A stretch of 64,000 bases of DNA from positions 1 through 64,000 of the forward strand of contig NW_021832868.1 in the NCBI RefSeq assembly GCF_006345805.1. The letters are read 5' to 3'. Shown in pieces: positions 59,451 through 64,000 of the stretch. Position 1 is the stretch's first letter. The number at the start of each line of letters is the position of its first letter. Both the position numbers and the translations under genes were made by a program. The notes beneath the pieces were generated by a model. It was not told the DNA's origin and made no database searches. It saw only the letters and a list, made by a program, of their open reading frames with translations. This stretch comes from Octopus sinensis. Its lineage: Eukaryota.

Positions 59451-60039
59451 TTCTTGGGCAAATTTAAATCAGTTGTTAAGAAAAGAAAATTTTATTAAAA
59501 ATATACAAGTGTCCCAAGACTAATTTGACCCACTGTAAATAATTACAAGGAGGACGCGACACTATAAACATCCTCTGGCTCACTCAATTCGTCCACACTA
59601 CTATCAAAATGGGTAATGTGGGCTACAAATAAGGGGACAAAGGAAACGTTTGCTAAAGAAATAGTTATCTTCCAAGTCAGAATCGTCTTCTTCTGATTCC
59701 GAATCCACAAACCTCTCGGGATCCACAGCCAACCAGTTCAACTGAACATTACAACAGCACATACTCGACTACGAGTGGACACACACTTCCAGCGCCCAGG
59801 CCAGAACACTTTCAAGTGGGTGATCGAACCCACTTAAATCAGTTGATTCAAAATATTCACCACCATAAACAGGAAGCATTGATTGCATCGCTCTTTATTT
59901 ATTAAATATTAAATAACATCCGACATAACCCGATCTTATTAACAAATTTAAATACTTTAAAAAATATACCTTTATTTTATTACTTTTAAAGCATTTAACA
60001 GTGCTTGCACGGTGTTAGTCGGTATAATGAATAACCAAA

Positions 60040-60200
60040 AATCAAAACAACGATACCTCCCAAACGGGGTCCCACAAGGATTTTCCTTATAACCAATCCT
60101 GTTCAATTTATTTACAAGAGATCTCCCAAATCCAAACGACGAAGATACAATCCTTTTATCATACGCTGACAATCTAATTATTGCAGCTCCGATGCATGTT
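60040..60200 (+). mobile_element. Degenerate LINE RT fragment
   Basis: PNGVPQGFSL.PILFNLF...LSYADNLII. Confidence 0.7.
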
Positions 60201-61199
60201 TATGCCAAAACCAAATTCTTCCAAAAAAATTTTATAAGCTAAAAAAATGTTTTATGTAAATTCAATTTCAAAAAATAATCTGAAATCCCTTTCCACTAAG
60301 TTGAGTTTAAGTAGTCCCGTGACGAAGTTACGCACAACATTCCCATTTGAGTTGATAAGGACATTACTCTTCTCCACAACGTCCAAATAGCACATGTTGT
60401 TAGAGTACTAGTGTCCTTCAAGAGACGGAATCTCTCACGGAGGTGGAGACTTTAGTAATCCGAGGCTTATGGACAATCAACGACTGGAATTTTGAAATTG
60501 GTTTTATAGAAGGATCCCGGGGTCAGTGATTTGGGGGATCCCTAACGAGTTCCTCTATTAGTTCATATATCAATTGGCAGTTGTCAATTTCGGGAATTCA
60601 GGTAAAATCACAGAAATATTGTTAGAATACACATATTATAGGAATTCAAAGCACTGTATTTGTGTTGGTGTGGATGAGAACGACAACTAGAGGTGATATT
60701 ATCACAATAAAATAATAATTATTGTTTTTTATATATAAATAATATATGTCCTCGTCTACGAATATGGGAGAATTGTGTCCTTCCTTGTCGAACAGTAAAA
60801 GGTGGAATGATCTGATGGACTTTGGGGATATATTGGGGATGTATTAAAGACATATTAGTGGCTAGAGAAGGTTTGGTTACACATTATGGTTACACTTTTT
60901 TTATATTCAATTATTAATACATTATTTTTACTTTCTTTATTAAGGTTTTCGGGATCAAAAAAACAAAAAAATTAATATTAATGTTATACTCCTTTGTGTA
61001 TTTGAACCCACGACGTCTGAGAACTGTTCTCGTTGTCTGAATGATTCATCACAACTTAAAATGAGTTTTCTTAGTTGCCTGTTACTACAACAGATCTACA
61101 TTTTAAAAGTAATGTAACATTAAAAAATTATTTGTAATAACTTTAAACATTTATCAATGTTTAATAAAAATTAATTATGTAAATTCTATCTTAAATTAT

Positions 61200-63395
61200 T
61201 TAAGAATCCAGATCGTCAGTGATTTCTCTTCTTCGTTTGGAAGAAGAGTTTGCAACAAAATTCTCATCATTTTCCATTTCTGCGTCAAAGTAATTGTTCA
61301 ACTGAGTGTCCTCACGACATGCCAGCTCCGCAAGTTGATTGGCGGCAGAGGCGTACTCCTCGTTGTCTACCTTCATCCCATGTCTGTGTTCAATAAGCAT
61401 ACTCTCTAGAGTCCTCTTCAGCACAACCGACTGGATGTATGTCCTCGTTCCTTCTTCAATGGATAACTTGTCCATATGACTTTTAAAGAACTTTGAGACA
61501 ACTCCATCCCATGTCAAGACAATTGGAATAATCTTCACTTTTGCTTCATAGAGAACTGACAGTTCGTTTGCAAGCAGGTCATATTTGTGAAATTTCTCCA
61601 CTTCAACTTGCTTTAAACGGTCTTGCGAGGTAACTCCCACTTCGATTAAATGAATTTCTCTTTTCCTCTTGTCATAAACGAAGATATCAGGTTTATTGAA
61701 TTGAACCTTTGTTTCAGTCATAATTGAAGTGTCAACTCTGATTTCGACATTTTGGGTCGACATTGTTGACACGACTGAATGTCCTTTCAATTTCCTGCTT
61801 CGTTTTATTCCATACATTCGACACAAGTGGAGATGAATACACTTTACCACTTCGTTGTGTCTTCGGAGATAATCACTGTTTAGCATCCTACCACACCGCG
61901 TGGCTAGATGGTCAACAGTCTGCCTGCTTTTTTTGAAGTGGACGCATAGTGATCCCGTGTATGCAAAGAACAAATTCCTATCTTGCAAAAGACAGTACAA
62001 TGCTTCGCTTCGTGGACCATTGTTCCCTTTCGATAGCCATTGCGAAGAAGTAGATATGTCGACATCTGATTCCTCCATACATTTGAACATCACCGAGTGT
62101 AGTGATTTACTGTTAATTCGGTTAAGCAAGAGTTTCCTTTGTGCGTCCTTCAGTAACTCAATGGTCAGATTTTCCCTGCCGACAGCTGCATATTTGGAGA
62201 CAAGAAATTCTGCGATTGTGGCTAAGTGCCATTTTTTTCCTTTTATTACTCGCAGAATACCCGACCTCCGCAGACAGGTAGTCGACTGTTTTTCCAAACT
62301 TTTAAGAAACTGGAAGAGCATTAATTCGCTTTTGAAAGAAATTGAGGCAAGTCCTCTTCCAATGGTCTTGCGGTCCAAATACAACCTCTCCTTATTTGCA
62401 GGCTGGAGGTGTAACTTGAGAGTCGTAAGTAATCGGCGTATTTGTTGGTCAATCTCATCAAATTCGTAAGGTTCGATATTGATTAGCCCAATATAATAAT
62501 TATATAGGGATAATGCATATTCATTGATTCCACGAAACAAATTTACAGCATTCAGGTTTGTTTTTGACAACATAGTTATCCTCTTCTTGACATTCTCCAA
62601 TATGGAGTCCATAACTTTATTCTTGAGAACATTACTTCCGCCATCTTCAAGTACACCCAAGTAGCGATATCCGTTGATTCCATCGACAGTCTCACAGCAT
62701 GATAAAGATTCCACATTAGATGCTGATTTTTCGGAATTCATCTCTAGGCCGACACTTTCAAAAAATCCATTAACAGCCTCCATCATTTTGACTAACACAT
62801 CTTCTTTGAGGGCAACTATTTTCAGATCGTCAATAAAGAAGAAATGATTGGTGGAGTATGTCAAAATATTGGGATCTTCCCGACTAATTTCGAGTTTGGG
62901 AAACATGGAGTTAAGCATCCTGCTTAGGGGATCCATCGCCATAACGAATAGCAGCGGGGACAATGAATCTCCTTGGAGTATTCCCCGGCTTAACTTTACT
63001 TTCCCAATTCTTTTCCCATCGATATGTAAGTTTACTGTCCACTTCTTGACTATATTCTTTACAAAGCTGACAATCCAATGTGGTATTCCAGAGCAATCCA
63101 ATACGTGGAACAAGAACTCGTGATCAACTGAGTCAAATGCCTTCTTCACATCGACCCAAGCAGAATAGAGGCCATTTCCATACTCCTTATTTAAGCATTG
63201 GTTAATGAGGGCTTGCTCTTTGGCGCCTTGACATTGCTTCCTCGTCCAAAGCTGATTATCTGAGATTAAGCCAAATGCCTCGATGAAATCGGCCAGTTTG
63301 GCATTAACACATTTGGTGACAAGTTTATACAAAGTTGGCATACACGTTATAGGGCGTAAGTCCTTCGGGGTCTCACACTCACTTTTTTTAGGAAA
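61200..63395 (-). mobile_element. R2/NeSL-like REL-type retrotransposon, 5'-truncated, open 713-aa RT-CCHC-REL frame
   Basis: [68 protein letters not shown]. Confidence 0.92.
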
Positions 63396-63404
63396 TCGTA
63401 TATT

Positions 63405-63493
63405 GTAATTCCTTGTATATTGTCAATTAATATCTTTCGAAATCGTTTTGCACCACTCTTTCCTCCTTTGCCACCTTTACCACGTCCAGACAT
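63405..63493 (-). pseudogene. H4: Histone H4 codons 1-30 joined to the REL element
   Basis: [30 protein letters not shown]; the A1 3' end lies 19 nt upstream. Confidence 0.9.
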
Positions 63494-63512
63494 TAGGAAA
63501 AATTCTCTAAAT

Positions 63513-64000
63513 TGGAAATTTTTTATTTAATAATTAATTAGAGAGGCTGTTAGTGAGGTAACATAAGGAGACCTTCGGCATTCCTGCCTTTTCGGTCCAG
63601 CACACACGCTCGCCTCTCTACACAACCACAGGTTAGGACTTACCGTCTTACCTGCCACCCAGTCATTATCTTCTCTAGGACCTCAGGGAGGCCTTTGAGG
63701 GACAATTCCTGGGCGTTGGAGAGCTCATCACGCCATCCTAAGCCATAGGCTAGCCGGATGGCTCGTCTTCTTACTTTCTTAAGCGCGTCAACGTACTTCT
63801 CCCTGTCCTCGCAGAAGTGCCAAGCGTGCACGCCATAGGTTAACACGGGTAACACCATGGCGTTGAACACACGGAACCAGGCACCTCTCCTCAAGTGGAA
63901 AGCACGCAACGCGCCTAATCGCTGCATTGCACGCATTTTAGTGCGACCCCCTGGTGTCGCACGACCTGACCGCGAGATTCGAGGAACCCCGACAGCCAGC
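63513..64000 (-). mobile_element. Family A1 LINE 3' end (internal deletion near 63946), runs off the window
   Basis: Same 3' UTR and ORF2 end as the 39217 copy, and the same junction upstream of H4. Confidence 0.93.

Noticed and set aside
63940-63950. A1 internal deletions (here and near 47427) as spliced-out introns
   Set aside because: The deleted segments are not bounded by GT-AG in element sense, even allowing for junction slippage.

Overview
AT-rich eukaryotic window: a degraded, rearranged cluster of divergent core histone genes (H2A, H2B, H3, H4; intact, frameshifted and fragmentary copies) saturated with transposons. It contains several APE-type non-LTR retrotransposon families (labelled here A1, A2, B, C, E), CRE-like, RTE-like and R2/NeSL-like elements, Tc1, Tigger/pogo and hAT DNA transposon remnants, and a Ginger/KRBA2-type integrase. 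Main observation: 3' ends of families A1, A2, B and C sit 10-30 nt upstream of H4, H2A, H2B and H3 start codons, co-oriented with the gene. Their 5' ends are joined to histone N-terminal coding sequence in the ORF1 frame: H3 residues 1-27 on A2, H4 codons 1-50 on A1, and possibly an H2B-like start on B. An older H4-derived relic is present at the 5' end of both A subfamilies. This suggests retrotransposons that target histone gene 5' ends and use histone promoters, start codons and tails. Other points: a rhabdovirus-like L-polymerase (GDNQ) endogenous fragment with neighbouring virus-like sequence, and two frame-restoring mini-introns (25 and 31 nt). Many single-base indels fall in homopolymers, so some frameshifts may be long-read errors. 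All assignments come from manual reading and motif recall, not database searches; family letters are my own labels.
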